A stretch of 39,705 nucleotides of DNA from a virus: the IMG/VR virus record IMGVR_UViG_3300043120_000159, positions 1 to 39,705 of that record, one strand, 5' to 3'. Shown here one piece after another: positions 24,383 through 32,631 of the stretch. The stretch's first letter is position 1; each line of letters starts with the position of its first letter. Position numbers and translations under genes: made by a program. The notes beneath the pieces are model-generated. The model saw only the letters and a program-made list of their open reading frames with translations. It did not search any database and was not told the DNA's origin.

Positions 24383-25367
24383 GATTGAATGGACAGACCA
24401 GACTTTGAACCCTGCCGTGGGTTGCTCACCAGTCTCTCCGGCCTGCGACAACTGTTACGCCGTGCGCATGGCCACCCGCTTGGCGGCGAATCCGAAAACC
24501 GCCCTCCGGTATGACGGCGTTGTCGCCGACGGGAGCTGGACAGGGCGGGTAAATCTTTTCCCGGAGGTGATGGAAAAGGCGCTGCGCAGAAAGAGGCCAA
24601 CCCGCTTTTTTGTCGGCTCCATGACGGACCTGTTTCACCCGAACATCCCGCTGCACTTCCTGGACAAGATTTTCGCCTACATGTGCGTCGCTCCGCAGCA
24701 TGTCTTCCAGATCCTGACCAAGCGGCCTGAACGCATGAGGGAGTATGCCTCCAGCATGTACACGGTCGGATGGAAGCGCCGGCTCCAGATGCAGCTGCCA
24801 CCGGAGCTGCAGCGAAGCAAAGTCTGGCGCGACTGCAATTCTCCCGTTGCAAACGTCTGGCTCGGAGTGACCGCGGAGAATCAGCTGCAGGCGGACAAGC
24901 GCATCCCTGCTCTGATCGAAACACCGGCGGCCGTGCGCTTTGTGAGCGTGGAGCCGTGCCTGGGCGAGGTGCATTTGGAGCCGTATCTTCTGAGCTCCTA
25001 CGACAAAGCGGCTCACGATGCGCAAATGACCGGAGAGGAGCTCCGAACAGACAAACTGGACTGGGTGATATGCGGCGGAGAAACAGGCCCCGGCTCCCGG
25101 CCCATGCACCCCGATTGGGCGCGGAGCCTTCGAGAGCAATGTGACACATGGGGAACCCCGTTCTTTTTCAAGCAGTGGGGAGGCTGGGGGTTTGCCGGGG
25201 GCGACTGCACCCACTTCCTGCACACGAACGGGGCCCTGCGGACCATGGGACAGAGAGGCGCAGACGGCAAAGGCGAGTGGCCATGCGCCCGTGTCGGGAA
25301 AAAGAAAGCCGGACACCTGCTCGACGGCCGTGAATGGCGGGAGTTTCCGAAGGTGGAGCTCAAGTAA
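24375..25367 (+). CDS. Phage Gp37/Gp68 family protein (DUF5131, three-Cys motif)
   Basis: [29 protein letters not shown] is the characteristic N-terminus (IEWTD.TWNP..GC...S.GC..CYA). Also ...FVSVEPCLG...[19 protein letters not shown]...FFFKQWG. ATG 24375 follows AAAGGAG. Confidence 0.75.
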   Translation: [330 protein letters not shown]

Positions 25368-25441
25368 ATCCTTCGCCGTGATTGATAGTGCAAGTTATTT
25401 TCTATAACTATACACGAATCAATCAAAAACGGAGGTACGAT

Positions 25442-26098
25442 ATGGCTCTACTAGACGGACACGGGCAGCCTGTTATCAGGTATGGAGCAAAAAGGATTCA
25501 GGACAGAGACATGGACGAGCTCATTGGAATATGTCGGGGCATTATTGCTGATGAGGTTGTGGTGGAACAGGAGGCTCGGTTTCTCCTCAGGTGGCTTAAC
25601 AAGAGGAGGGAAAGTATCGACACCTGGCACGGGCAACTCTTGTACGACAGAGTCAAAGAATACCTCTCCGACGGGGTGTGGTCAGCTGACGAACAAAAGA
25701 ACTTCAGCCAGCTGGTCAAGAAGTTTGTTGGCGTAGACGGGAGAGATCCTGTCGAAGCCGGGAGGTCTTGCCAGCTTCCAGTCGACAACCCACAGCCGGA
25801 AATCATTTTCCAGGAAAAGGTTTTTGTGGCCACTGGCAAGTTCGCAACCGGGCTGCGACCAAAGGTCGAGGCAATGATCAAGGCTCGCGGTGGCGAAGTA
25901 AAGTCCGGCGTGAGCAAAAAGATCAACTATTTGGTCATTGGAGACTTTTCCAGCAAAGACTGGATCCACACCTCCTACGGTCGGAAGATTGAACGCGCTG
26001 CAGAGCTTCGTGAGCAAGGAGCCCCGATCAGCATCGTCAACGAAGAACACTGGTACCTGGCTTGCGCCTCCTGCGAGTCGCCGGCCGGACTGCCGTAG
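25442..26098 (+). CDS. BRCT-domain protein (unknown N-terminal helical domain + C-terminal BRCT)
   Basis: C-terminus FQEKVFVATGKFATGLRPKVEAMIKARGGEVKSGVSKKINYLVIGDFSSKDWIHTSYGRKIERAAELREQGAPISIVNEEHW matches the LigA-type BRCT pattern (F V.TG.L...R.E....I...GG.V..SVSKKT.YLV.G). ATG 25442 follows ACGGAGG. GC content looks lower than in the neighbours. Confidence 0.65.
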   Translation: MALLDGHGQPVIRYGAKRIQDRDMDELIGICRGIIADEVVVEQEARFLLRWLNKRRESIDTWHGQLLYDRVKEYLSDGVWSADEQKNFSQLVKKFVGVDGRDPVEAGRSCQLPVDNPQPEIIFQEKVFVATGKFATGLRPKVEAMIKARGGEVKSGVSKKINYLVIGDFSSKDWIHTSYGRKIERAAELREQGAPISIVNEEHWYLACASCESPAGLP

Positions 26099-26373
26099 CT
26101 CTTGACATTATGAAAACAGTTATGGCAAAGACGGGATTACGGAGCGTCGAAACTCCAGAAGGCGGACACCGCCTCCCGTCAGCAGCGGTTTTTTTGCGTC
26201 CAGGCAAGACCGACCCGCCATAATTGGACGACAAAACAATACCAGCCAGCTTTTGCCGGGAGTGGGGAAATGTCCAGGGCGTAAGCCTAAAATACCCAGC
26301 CTCGCCTTCTGAGGTTCGAACTCCCGGCTTTTCTATTAAGAAGGGCCCATTCGAAAACAGAAGGAGACCTATC

Positions 26374-26631
26374 GTGAACCCCCACCTGTATCACCAGTCG
26401 GCTACGCGCCTGCGCTGCCGCCGCGAGCAGCTGCAATCCCTCAGCACCCGCTTCACCGCCCTGCTCTGGGCCATGACCAGCTACCTCGACGAGCAAGAAG
26501 ATACCGTCCTTGACGGCCTGTCCGAGTTTATGAACGACATCGACCGCGACCTCCGCCGCTTAAACGACGACGTGGATCGCGACGTGCGCGACATAGGCCA
26601 GAGCCTCTTCTCTGGAGGTGCCCATGTCTAA
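26374..26631 (+). CDS. Hypothetical acidic coiled-coil protein
   Basis: GTG 26374 lies 7 nt after AAGGAG. 85 aa, ...LDEQEDTVLDGLSEFMNDIDRDLRRLNDDVDRDVRD. The longer ORF-track version (from 26224) lacks an RBS. Confidence 0.4.
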   Translation: MNPHLYHQSATRLRCRREQLQSLSTRFTALLWAMTSYLDEQEDTVLDGLSEFMNDIDRDLRRLNDDVDRDVRDIGQSLFSGGAHV

Positions 26632-27424
26632 TCTCATCCCCTTTGACTTTGACGGTGACGCCGTGCGCGTCGTCATGCAGGGCGCTGCCCCTTGGTTTAT
26701 CTTCAAGGATCTTTGCAGGTGCTTAGACCTCACTTGGAAGGGGTCCGACAGTACTGGTACCCCCTTGGATGAAGATGAAAGAAGCACTGTGGTGGCAGAG
26801 ACTCCCGGCGGTCCGCAAAAGGTCTCCGCCGTTTCCGAGTCTGGCCTGTATTCCTTGATCTTCACCAGCCGGAAGCCAGAAGCTAAGCGATTCCGCAAGT
26901 GGGTCACTTCCGAAGTGCTTCCAACCATTCGCACCACAGGAAGGTATGAGGCTCAAAAATTCGCACCGGCAACGCCTTCGATTCCAGCCTCTTTGACGCT
27001 CAAACCATCCCTTCGTGGCCAGGCCATGCGTGCGGCAGTGCAAACCGCCCGGCTCTCCGGCGGCACGGAGGAGGATGTCAAGCGGCTGTATGAAGAGTTC
27101 TGCGGGCTGTTCGCCGCCCGCCCGGACCGGCCCAACCTACGCGACGGCCTGCCGTTCCCGGAGAATCAGGGACTTGTGGAGGAGTTCATTGCGGAAGAAA
27201 TGACCATCGTAGACATCGACCCGAGCATCCCCACACCCCGACACATGAAGACGCAGGCCAAGGATCTCTACGAGATGTTCCGCGTGTGGTGCCGCGGCCG
27301 GGGGACCCCCTCAAGGGACATCCCGACGCACAACCTCTTTGGCAGGTCGATCAAGATCATCCCCGGAGTGGAGCGGACAACACCCAAAAACAAGGTGTTC
27401 TACAACATCGTTCCACGCCCTTAG
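26624..27424 (+). CDS. Bro-N domain protein (antirepressor-like) with D5/primase-type C-terminal domain
   Basis: N-terminus NLIPFDFDGDAVRVVMQGAAPWFIFKDLCRCLDL...VSESGLYSLIFTSRKPEAKRFRKWVTSEVLPTIRTTG is a Bro-N domain. The C-terminus resembles the C-terminus of the 17612..19285 protein. ATG 26624 follows GGAGG. Confidence 0.75.
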   Translation: MSNLIPFDFDGDAVRVVMQGAAPWFIFKDLCRCLDLTWKGSDSTGTPLDEDERSTVVAETPGGPQKVSAVSESGLYSLIFTSRKPEAKRFRKWVTSEVLPTIRTTGRYEAQKFAPATPSIPASLTLKPSLRGQAMRAAVQTARLSGGTEEDVKRLYEEFCGLFAARPDRPNLRDGLPFPENQGLVEEFIAEEMTIVDIDPSIPTPRHMKTQAKDLYEMFRVWCRGRGTPSRDIPTHNLFGRSIKIIPGVERTTPKNKVFYNIVPRP

Positions 27425-27453
27425 GCACGCCCCTTGCTTTATAATATGATACC

Positions 27454-27495
27454 AGCCCCCTGAATGGAGCCTCTCCCGGCACTGTTCAGGGGGCT
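27454..27495 (+). terminator. Stem-loop after the Bro gene
   Basis: agccccctgaa (27454..27464) pairs with ttcagggggct (27485..27495). The stem is 11 bp and perfect, the loop is 20 nt, and only a short tt follows. Confidence 0.4.
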
Positions 27496-27498
27496 TTC

Positions 27499-27549
27499 GT
27501 GTAGCAAAACTCCACGTGTAGCAATTTGCTAATGCTGGAGTTTTACTAC
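27499..27549. promoter_or_regulatory. Nested direct and inverted repeats upstream of the head operon
   Basis: gtgtagcaa occurs twice (27499, 27516). The inner palindrome is tagcaa-t-ttgcta (27519..27531). The outer inverted repeat is gtagcaaaactcca (27501..27514) / tggagttttactac (27536..27549), with one mismatch. Confidence 0.4.
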
Positions 27550-27622
27550 GCCGTAGATATAGACTTTCCCCTCCCTGCTGGTAATTTCGACGCATTATTA
27601 CCGCCGCACGAAAACACGGCGA

Positions 27623-27853
27623 ATGGAGTCGAAACAAATGGCAGAAGATCCCAAACAGGTTGAAGATATTTTAGAATCTTCCATTGAGCAGGCAGCGCAA
27701 GTGGAAGAATACGAGGGATACGGGCGAAGGGTAAAGCGCCCCAATCTGACAACGCTCCTCAACGCACGCGAGGAGCTGGGCGGCGAAGACCGTGTCCGTC
27801 GCCAAGGCAACATCCTTGCCCGCGCCGGCAACGTCACAGCGAGGCGTGGATAA
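27623..27853 (+). CDS. Hypothetical head protein in the lambda gpW position
   Basis: 76 aa immediately upstream of the lambda-family portal and overlapping it (TAATG). The call rests on position only. Confidence 0.45.
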   Translation: MESKQMAEDPKQVEDILESSIEQAAQVEEYEGYGRRVKRPNLTTLLNAREELGGEDRVRRQGNILARAGNVTARRG

Positions 27854-29358
27854 TGCGCAAGCCCGTTGTCCCATCACGCCGCGCATCCCGCGCCAAGCAC
27901 GCCCGCCGCTCCAGCGCGTCTCTCCAGGGAGCGCTTTCCAACTGGACCAACTCCGTTGTCAGCCGCCGGGAGGCTGAACGGCAGATCGAACGCGCCAGCG
28001 AGCGTGCCCTGGATCTCTATCACAACGACGCCATGGCACACGGCGTTCTGGAGTCGCTGGTGGTTGAGGCGGTGGGCATAGGACTCACGCCCCAGCCGGC
28101 ACCCAGAACAGACTGGGTCGGCCGGACGCCGGAATGGGAAGCCGAATTTCAGTCCGCCGCCTCCCGCTGCTGGGAGGAGTGGGGACTCGACTGTAGACAC
28201 TGGTGCGACGCCACGCGCCGTCTGAATATTTACGGCCTGCAAGCTCTCGCCTACTTCCAATGGAAGCTGCTGGGAGTGGGCGTCTTTCAGGTCGTAGCAA
28301 AGCCCCGGCCCGGAGCCCCGTTCTCTACCTGTCTCCTCCCTATCGACCCCTTCCGGCTCGTCACACCCTCCGATCTCGCCGACAGAGACATCTACGACGG
28401 CGTCCAGATCGACAGGGATGGCGAGCCGGAAAAGGTCTGGATCCGCAAGCCCGGGGCACTTTCCATGCGCCCCCCGTCCTCCGATTGCACATCGTTCGAT
28501 GTGTACGACAAGACGACCGGCCTCCCCAGGTTCCTCCTTGTCAGCGATGTCCGCAATGTCGCTGAATACCGTCAAGACTCCGTGCTAGGTCCCATGATCG
28601 GTGAGATACGCCATTCCAATGACCTGGCGGAGGCCGCAGTCGTCGGCGCCATGGTGCGCAACCTCTTTACTCTCTTCATCAACGACTTCGGGCAGGGGGC
28701 CATTGACCGCAACACCCCATGGCACCAGCGAGTGATGGAGCTGGAAAAGGGCACTGTGCTGTTCGGATCCGGCAAGGAAAAGCCGACATTCTTCCAGCCC
28801 GACGCAGCCCCTTCGCGCTACTCCGAAATGTTCGGGGCGATTATCGACCGTCTGGGGATGTCCACCGGACGTGGCGCAGAAAACGTCATGCGCAAGTTCC
28901 AGGCCAGCTACTCCGCAAGCAAGGCGTCCATGGAGAAGGCGGAGCAGTTCAACGAGTTTGAACACCGCGTCGTGAACGACCAGTTCAACCAGCCCATCTG
29001 GGCGTGGATCCTTTACGAAGCCACCCTGCGCGACAGGTTGCCGCTGACCCCCGAAGAATATCGCTCCAACCTGTACGCATACAGCCACGCCGAACACCTT
29101 GCCCAGCCCATGCGCCAGATCGACCGCGAAAAAGCGGCGAAGGCCTCTGTGCTCGAGCTCGGAAGCCACACCACGAGCTATCGCGCCATCTTTGGTCGCA
29201 ACGGCCACGACTGGCGCGAAGGCCTCCGACAGGTGGCCAAGGAAAAGGCGTTCATCAAGAACCTGGAGGGAGAGTACGGCGTGGACATGAGTTCCTACAA
29301 GATTCCCGACTCCGCATGGAAGACGGAAGAACAGAGCGAGGATGACGATGAAAGTTAG
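27853..29358 (+). CDS. Portal protein (lambda gpB family)
   Basis: 501 aa. SERALDLYHNDAMAHGVLESLVVEAVGIGLTPQP...RLNIYGLQALAYFQWKLLGVGVFQVV fits the lambda-family portal. It is followed by the S49 protease. Confidence 0.9.
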   Translation: MRKPVVPSRRASRAKHARRSSASLQGALSNWTNSVVSRREAERQIERASERALDLYHNDAMAHGVLESLVVEAVGIGLTPQPAPRTDWVGRTPEWEAEFQSAASRCWEEWGLDCRHWCDATRRLNIYGLQALAYFQWKLLGVGVFQVVAKPRPGAPFSTCLLPIDPFRLVTPSDLADRDIYDGVQIDRDGEPEKVWIRKPGALSMRPPSSDCTSFDVYDKTTGLPRFLLVSDVRNVAEYRQDSVLGPMIGEIRHSNDLAEAAVVGAMVRNLFTLFINDFGQGAIDRNTPWHQRVMELEKGTVLFGSGKEKPTFFQPDAAPSRYSEMFGAIIDRLGMSTGRGAENVMRKFQASYSASKASMEKAEQFNEFEHRVVNDQFNQPIWAWILYEATLRDRLPLTPEEYRSNLYAYSHAEHLAQPMRQIDREKAAKASVLELGSHTTSYRAIFGRNGHDWREGLRQVAKEKAFIKNLEGEYGVDMSSYKIPDSAWKTEEQSEDDDES

Positions 29359-30712
29359 AGCGAAGCGGGCCTTCTCCGCCCTTGTGGGCGAAGTGTGGGC
29401 CCTTGAACCGAACAAGATGGAACAGGTGGCGGACTTTGCCCAGGCAATGCTGGAAGGCCGCGCCGGCAGTGGTGAAATTTTTGCGCAGCTGGCGGGAGAG
29501 TCCGACAGTGCCTCCCGTCCCTACGCCGTCGTGAACAACGTGGCCGTTGTGCCCGTCAACGGCGTAATCGCCCGTCGGTTGAACCTCTTCTCCGCCATAT
29601 CCGGCGGGTGCAGCACGGAGCTGGTCGGCAAGCAGATCCGCCAGGCCGCAAACGACGAAGACGTTCGGGCCATCGTGCTGGACATCGACTCCCCCGGCGG
29701 CGGCGTATTCGGCCTGAACGACCTGGCCGAAACCATCGCCCGGGTGCGCGAGTCCGGAAAGCCTGTCATCTCCCACACCTCCGAGCTGATGTGTTCCGCT
29801 GCCTATTGGATCGGCAGCGCGGCGCAGGAAATGATCTGCACCGCAGACGCGCAGGTGGGTTCCATCGGCGTGGCGGCGATGCACTTCGACTACTCGGAAC
29901 GCGACAAGAAAGAGGGCATCACCAGAACCGTTCTGTCCGCCGGACACTACAAGCGGCTGGCATCCGACGAAAAGCCTTTGTCCGAAGAAGGCAGGGAATA
30001 CCTGCAGGAGCGGGTCGACCACTATTATTCGCTGTTCGTCGACGCCGTTGCGCAGCATCGAGGCATCTCCGCTGAAGAGGTGATCGAAAAGCTGGCGGAC
30101 GGCTCGACTCACATAGGCCACGAAGCCCAGAAGAGAGGCTTCGTTCATTCCATCGGCAATCTGGACTTCGCCATTTCGCGAGCTCTGGAGCTGTCCGAAC
30201 AACCCAACCAGGAGGAACATATGCCCACCGGAACCTCTTCCGCTGGTGACACCGACGCCCGTGGCGGCGATTCCGGTGTCATGAACCTGTCCGCGGTGAC
30301 TGCCGAGCAGCTTTCCGCCTCCAACCCCAACCTCGCAGCAGAGCTGGAAGCCCGAGGCGCAGCCGCTGAGCGAGCCCGAGTCGTGGATTTGTTCGAAGCT
30401 CAGGCCGACATGGACATGACCCTGGAAGCGGTCAAGTCCGGAGCCGACCCCAAGGATTTTTACAAGGCCACGCTGGCCGCTGAACGCAAAGGCAAGAAAG
30501 AAGCGCTCAGCGAGTTTGAGCAGAGCATGGGCGAATCCGCCGGCCAGGATGGCCAGAACCAGTCTTCCACCGCCGCGGAAGGATTCGAAGCCCTGGTGGA
30601 AGGTCACATGAACACGGCGAAGTGCTCCAAGGGTGAAGCCATCATAGCCATGGCTCGCCGTCACCCCGACGCCCACACGGCTTGGCTCGCCGGCAAGAAC
30701 CAGGAGAAGTAA
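29342..30712 (+). CDS. Head maturation protease (S49/SppA family, lambda gpC-like) with C-terminal scaffold region
   Basis: VRAIVLDIDSPGGGVFGLNDLAETI...GKPVISHTSELMCSAAYWIGSAA...VGSIGV is the ClpP/S49 fold signature. The C-terminal half is helical and charged. Confidence 0.85.
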   Translation: MTMKVRAKRAFSALVGEVWALEPNKMEQVADFAQAMLEGRAGSGEIFAQLAGESDSASRPYAVVNNVAVVPVNGVIARRLNLFSAISGGCSTELVGKQIRQAANDEDVRAIVLDIDSPGGGVFGLNDLAETIARVRESGKPVISHTSELMCSAAYWIGSAAQEMICTADAQVGSIGVAAMHFDYSERDKKEGITRTVLSAGHYKRLASDEKPLSEEGREYLQERVDHYYSLFVDAVAQHRGISAEEVIEKLADGSTHIGHEAQKRGFVHSIGNLDFAISRALELSEQPNQEEHMPTGTSSAGDTDARGGDSGVMNLSAVTAEQLSASNPNLAAELEARGAAAERARVVDLFEAQADMDMTLEAVKSGADPKDFYKATLAAERKGKKEALSEFEQSMGESAGQDGQNQSSTAAEGFEALVEGHMNTAKCSKGEAIIAMARRHPDAHTAWLAGKNQEK

Positions 30713-30715
30713 CCC

Positions 30716-31105
30716 ATGAGCTACAACGATTATGGAATCGGGTCCCACCCCGCAGCTGAAGATATCGTCGAAGGACGTCGCGTGGAGTTCAACTCCAGCG
30801 GCCAGGTGGTTCACGCCCCGGCCACCCGTCTTGGTGTCGGGGTTTCCCGCATCTCGCAAAAGACCGGCGACCCCATCGGAGTCGCGTACTGGAACAAGCC
30901 GGGCACGCATCACCTTGAAGTGCGCGGCGCGATCGACATCGGCGAAGACGTCTTCGCCGCTCCGAGCGGCACTGTCCAGGCCCTGCCCACCGCCGCCGGC
31001 GACTACATCAAAGTCGGCGTGGCCCTCGAGGCCGCTGCCGAAGACGGCGATGTGATTGAAGTTGTCCCCGCAGAAGGTGGCAAAGTCGTCACCGTTTCCG
31101 CCTAG
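30716..31105 (+). CDS. Head decoration protein (gpD position; DUF2190-like)
   Basis: 129 aa between the protease and the major capsid gene. Gly/Val-rich beta-type sequence. Confidence 0.5.
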   Translation: MSYNDYGIGSHPAAEDIVEGRRVEFNSSGQVVHAPATRLGVGVSRISQKTGDPIGVAYWNKPGTHHLEVRGAIDIGEDVFAAPSGTVQALPTAAGDYIKVGVALEAAAEDGDVIEVVPAEGGKVVTVSA

Positions 31106-31123
31106 CTATAAAGGAGAACCCGC

Positions 31124-32116
31124 ATGATTCCCGAAAATGGAACTGAAAGACTTCGCCCGGATCTGGGTGTTCTGGTCCACGAGACCATGACCAACGCCCC
31201 CAGCATGGGCTTTATCGCTTCCAAGGTCGCGCCGTATTACCCGGTCGGCTCCCAGTCGGCAGACTTCCCCGTGTTGCCTGCCAAGTACCTCTTCAACGTG
31301 GAGAAGGTCGAACGCGCTCACGGCGCTGCCTACCAGCGCAGTTCCGGCAAGTTTGAGGCCGGACACTACTCCTGCCGCGAACGTGGACACGAGCATCCTC
31401 TGGATGATCGATTCCGGGCCATCTACAAGTCCCAGATCGACATGGAGAAGGGCGCCACCGACCTCTGCACCAACACTGTCCTTCGCGCCTTCGAGGTGGA
31501 AGTCGCCGCCAAGCTGACCAACCCGAGCAACTTCCTTTCCGGAGCGGCCACGGCGAAGTGGACCGTCCCCGCCGATGCGGATCCGAAGCAGGATATCGAC
31601 AACGCTCGCACCGAAGGCCGCAAGAAAGGCGTCTTTTACAACAAGCTGATCATCACCTGGCAGACCTATCTGGATCTGACGCGCTGCAACAAGGTGAAAG
31701 ACGCTGTCAACTACCTGTTCCCCGACACTCGCAAGACCGGAACTATCGGCCTGCAGCACCTCGAAGCGTACCTGGACATCCAGATCGAGCTGGCCGGCGC
31801 CATGATGAATGGCGGCAATCGCGCCAAGAACCCCGAGCTGCAGGATATCTGGAGCGACGACGTTGCCGTCCTGGCTTGCGTTGCCGCCCAGGGCTCCGAG
31901 ATCTACGAGCCGTCCATCGCTCGCACGTTCAAATGGAACGAAGGCGCGTCTGAAGACTTCGTCGTCGAGGACTACTACGACCCCGCTGTGCGCTCGACCA
32001 TCATCCGTGTGCGCCACGACATCGATGTGCGCCTGATCAAGAGCTACGACGACAATGGCAACGTGCTGTCCGACATCAGCAAAAACTGCGGATACGTTTT
32101 GACCACCATCCGATAG
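31124..32116 (+). CDS. Major capsid protein (lambda gpE family)
   Basis: 330 aa in the position after protease and decoration. SMGFIASKVAPYYPVGSQSADFPVLP... and the overall length fit Phage_cap_E. Confidence 0.85.
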   Translation: MIPENGTERLRPDLGVLVHETMTNAPSMGFIASKVAPYYPVGSQSADFPVLPAKYLFNVEKVERAHGAAYQRSSGKFEAGHYSCRERGHEHPLDDRFRAIYKSQIDMEKGATDLCTNTVLRAFEVEVAAKLTNPSNFLSGAATAKWTVPADADPKQDIDNARTEGRKKGVFYNKLIITWQTYLDLTRCNKVKDAVNYLFPDTRKTGTIGLQHLEAYLDIQIELAGAMMNGGNRAKNPELQDIWSDDVAVLACVAAQGSEIYEPSIARTFKWNEGASEDFVVEDYYDPAVRSTIIRVRHDIDVRLIKSYDDNGNVLSDISKNCGYVLTTIR

Positions 32117-32129
32117 CCCCACTCCACCC

Positions 32130-32173
32130 GGGGGACGCGCCGTTTTTTCTTCCTTTTTTTCGGCGCGTCCCCC
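32130..32173. terminator. Strong stem-loop terminator after the capsid gene
   Basis: gggggacgcgccg (32130..32142) pairs with cggcgcgtccccc (32161..32173) as a 13-bp perfect GC-rich stem. The 18-nt loop is almost entirely T. Confidence 0.75.
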
Positions 32174-32205
32174 AAAGGGCGCAACCCGGCAGGAGATGTC
32201 GACCG

Positions 32206-32631
32206 ATGTTGAAAGAAGTTTTTTTAGACAACCTGACACTGAAATCCGTGTTCGCGGGCATCGGCGGCTGTTCAGCGTGGCTGCTTGGCGGAATCGACGT
32301 CGCGCTGCTGGCTTTGACCATCCTTTACGTCACCGACTTCGCTCTCGGGTTTTATCGCGCCTGGGAAAACGGGACATACAACAGCTGCAAATTTCGCCGC
32401 GGCCTGTGCAAGTTTATATTGTACGCCGTGGTTGTCATGTCTGCGCACATGCTCGATCTGGCATTGGCGGACCCGCTGCCATTCATATCCACCTATGTGC
32501 GCGACTTCATGGTCGCGTTCATCTGCATCAATGAGTTCCTCTCTGTCTGCCGCCATCTGGGCGAACTTGGAATGCGCGTCCCGCAGAAGCTGATCGTCAA
32601 GCTGGAGTCGTTTCAGGAGGGGAAGAAATGA
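32206..32631 (+). CDS. Holin (Phage_holin_4_1-like)
   Basis: 141 aa with 3-4 predicted TM segments. LYVTDFALGFYRAW...KFRRGLCKFILY...ICINEFLSVCRHLGELGMRVP matches D..TG...A......S.....G..KK...E..SI.EN....G...P. AGGAG lies 10 nt upstream. Confidence 0.65.
   Translation: MLKEVFLDNLTLKSVFAGIGGCSAWLLGGIDVALLALTILYVTDFALGFYRAWENGTYNSCKFRRGLCKFILYAVVVMSAHMLDLALADPLPFISTYVRDFMVAFICINEFLSVCRHLGELGMRVPQKLIVKLESFQEGKK

Noticed and set aside
26305-26335. T-loop-like string gaggttcgaactccc
   Set aside because: The flanking bases do not form a 5-bp T-stem on either strand, and no anticodon or acceptor arms are nearby. It is not a tRNA or tmRNA.
26224-26373. N-terminal 50 codons of the 135-aa ORF
   Set aside because: There is no ATG or RBS at 26224, whereas an AAGGAG-N7-GTG start occurs at 26374. 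The upstream part is treated as non-coding.
29255-30913. 552-aa - strand ORF (similar cases: 34665..36308, 31106..32239, 1129..2202, 6485..7441, 8072..8923, 24295..25149)
   Set aside because: All are antisense to + strand genes with recognisable structural-protein motifs. They are Gly/Arg/Val-rich shadow frames with no RBS or family signature.
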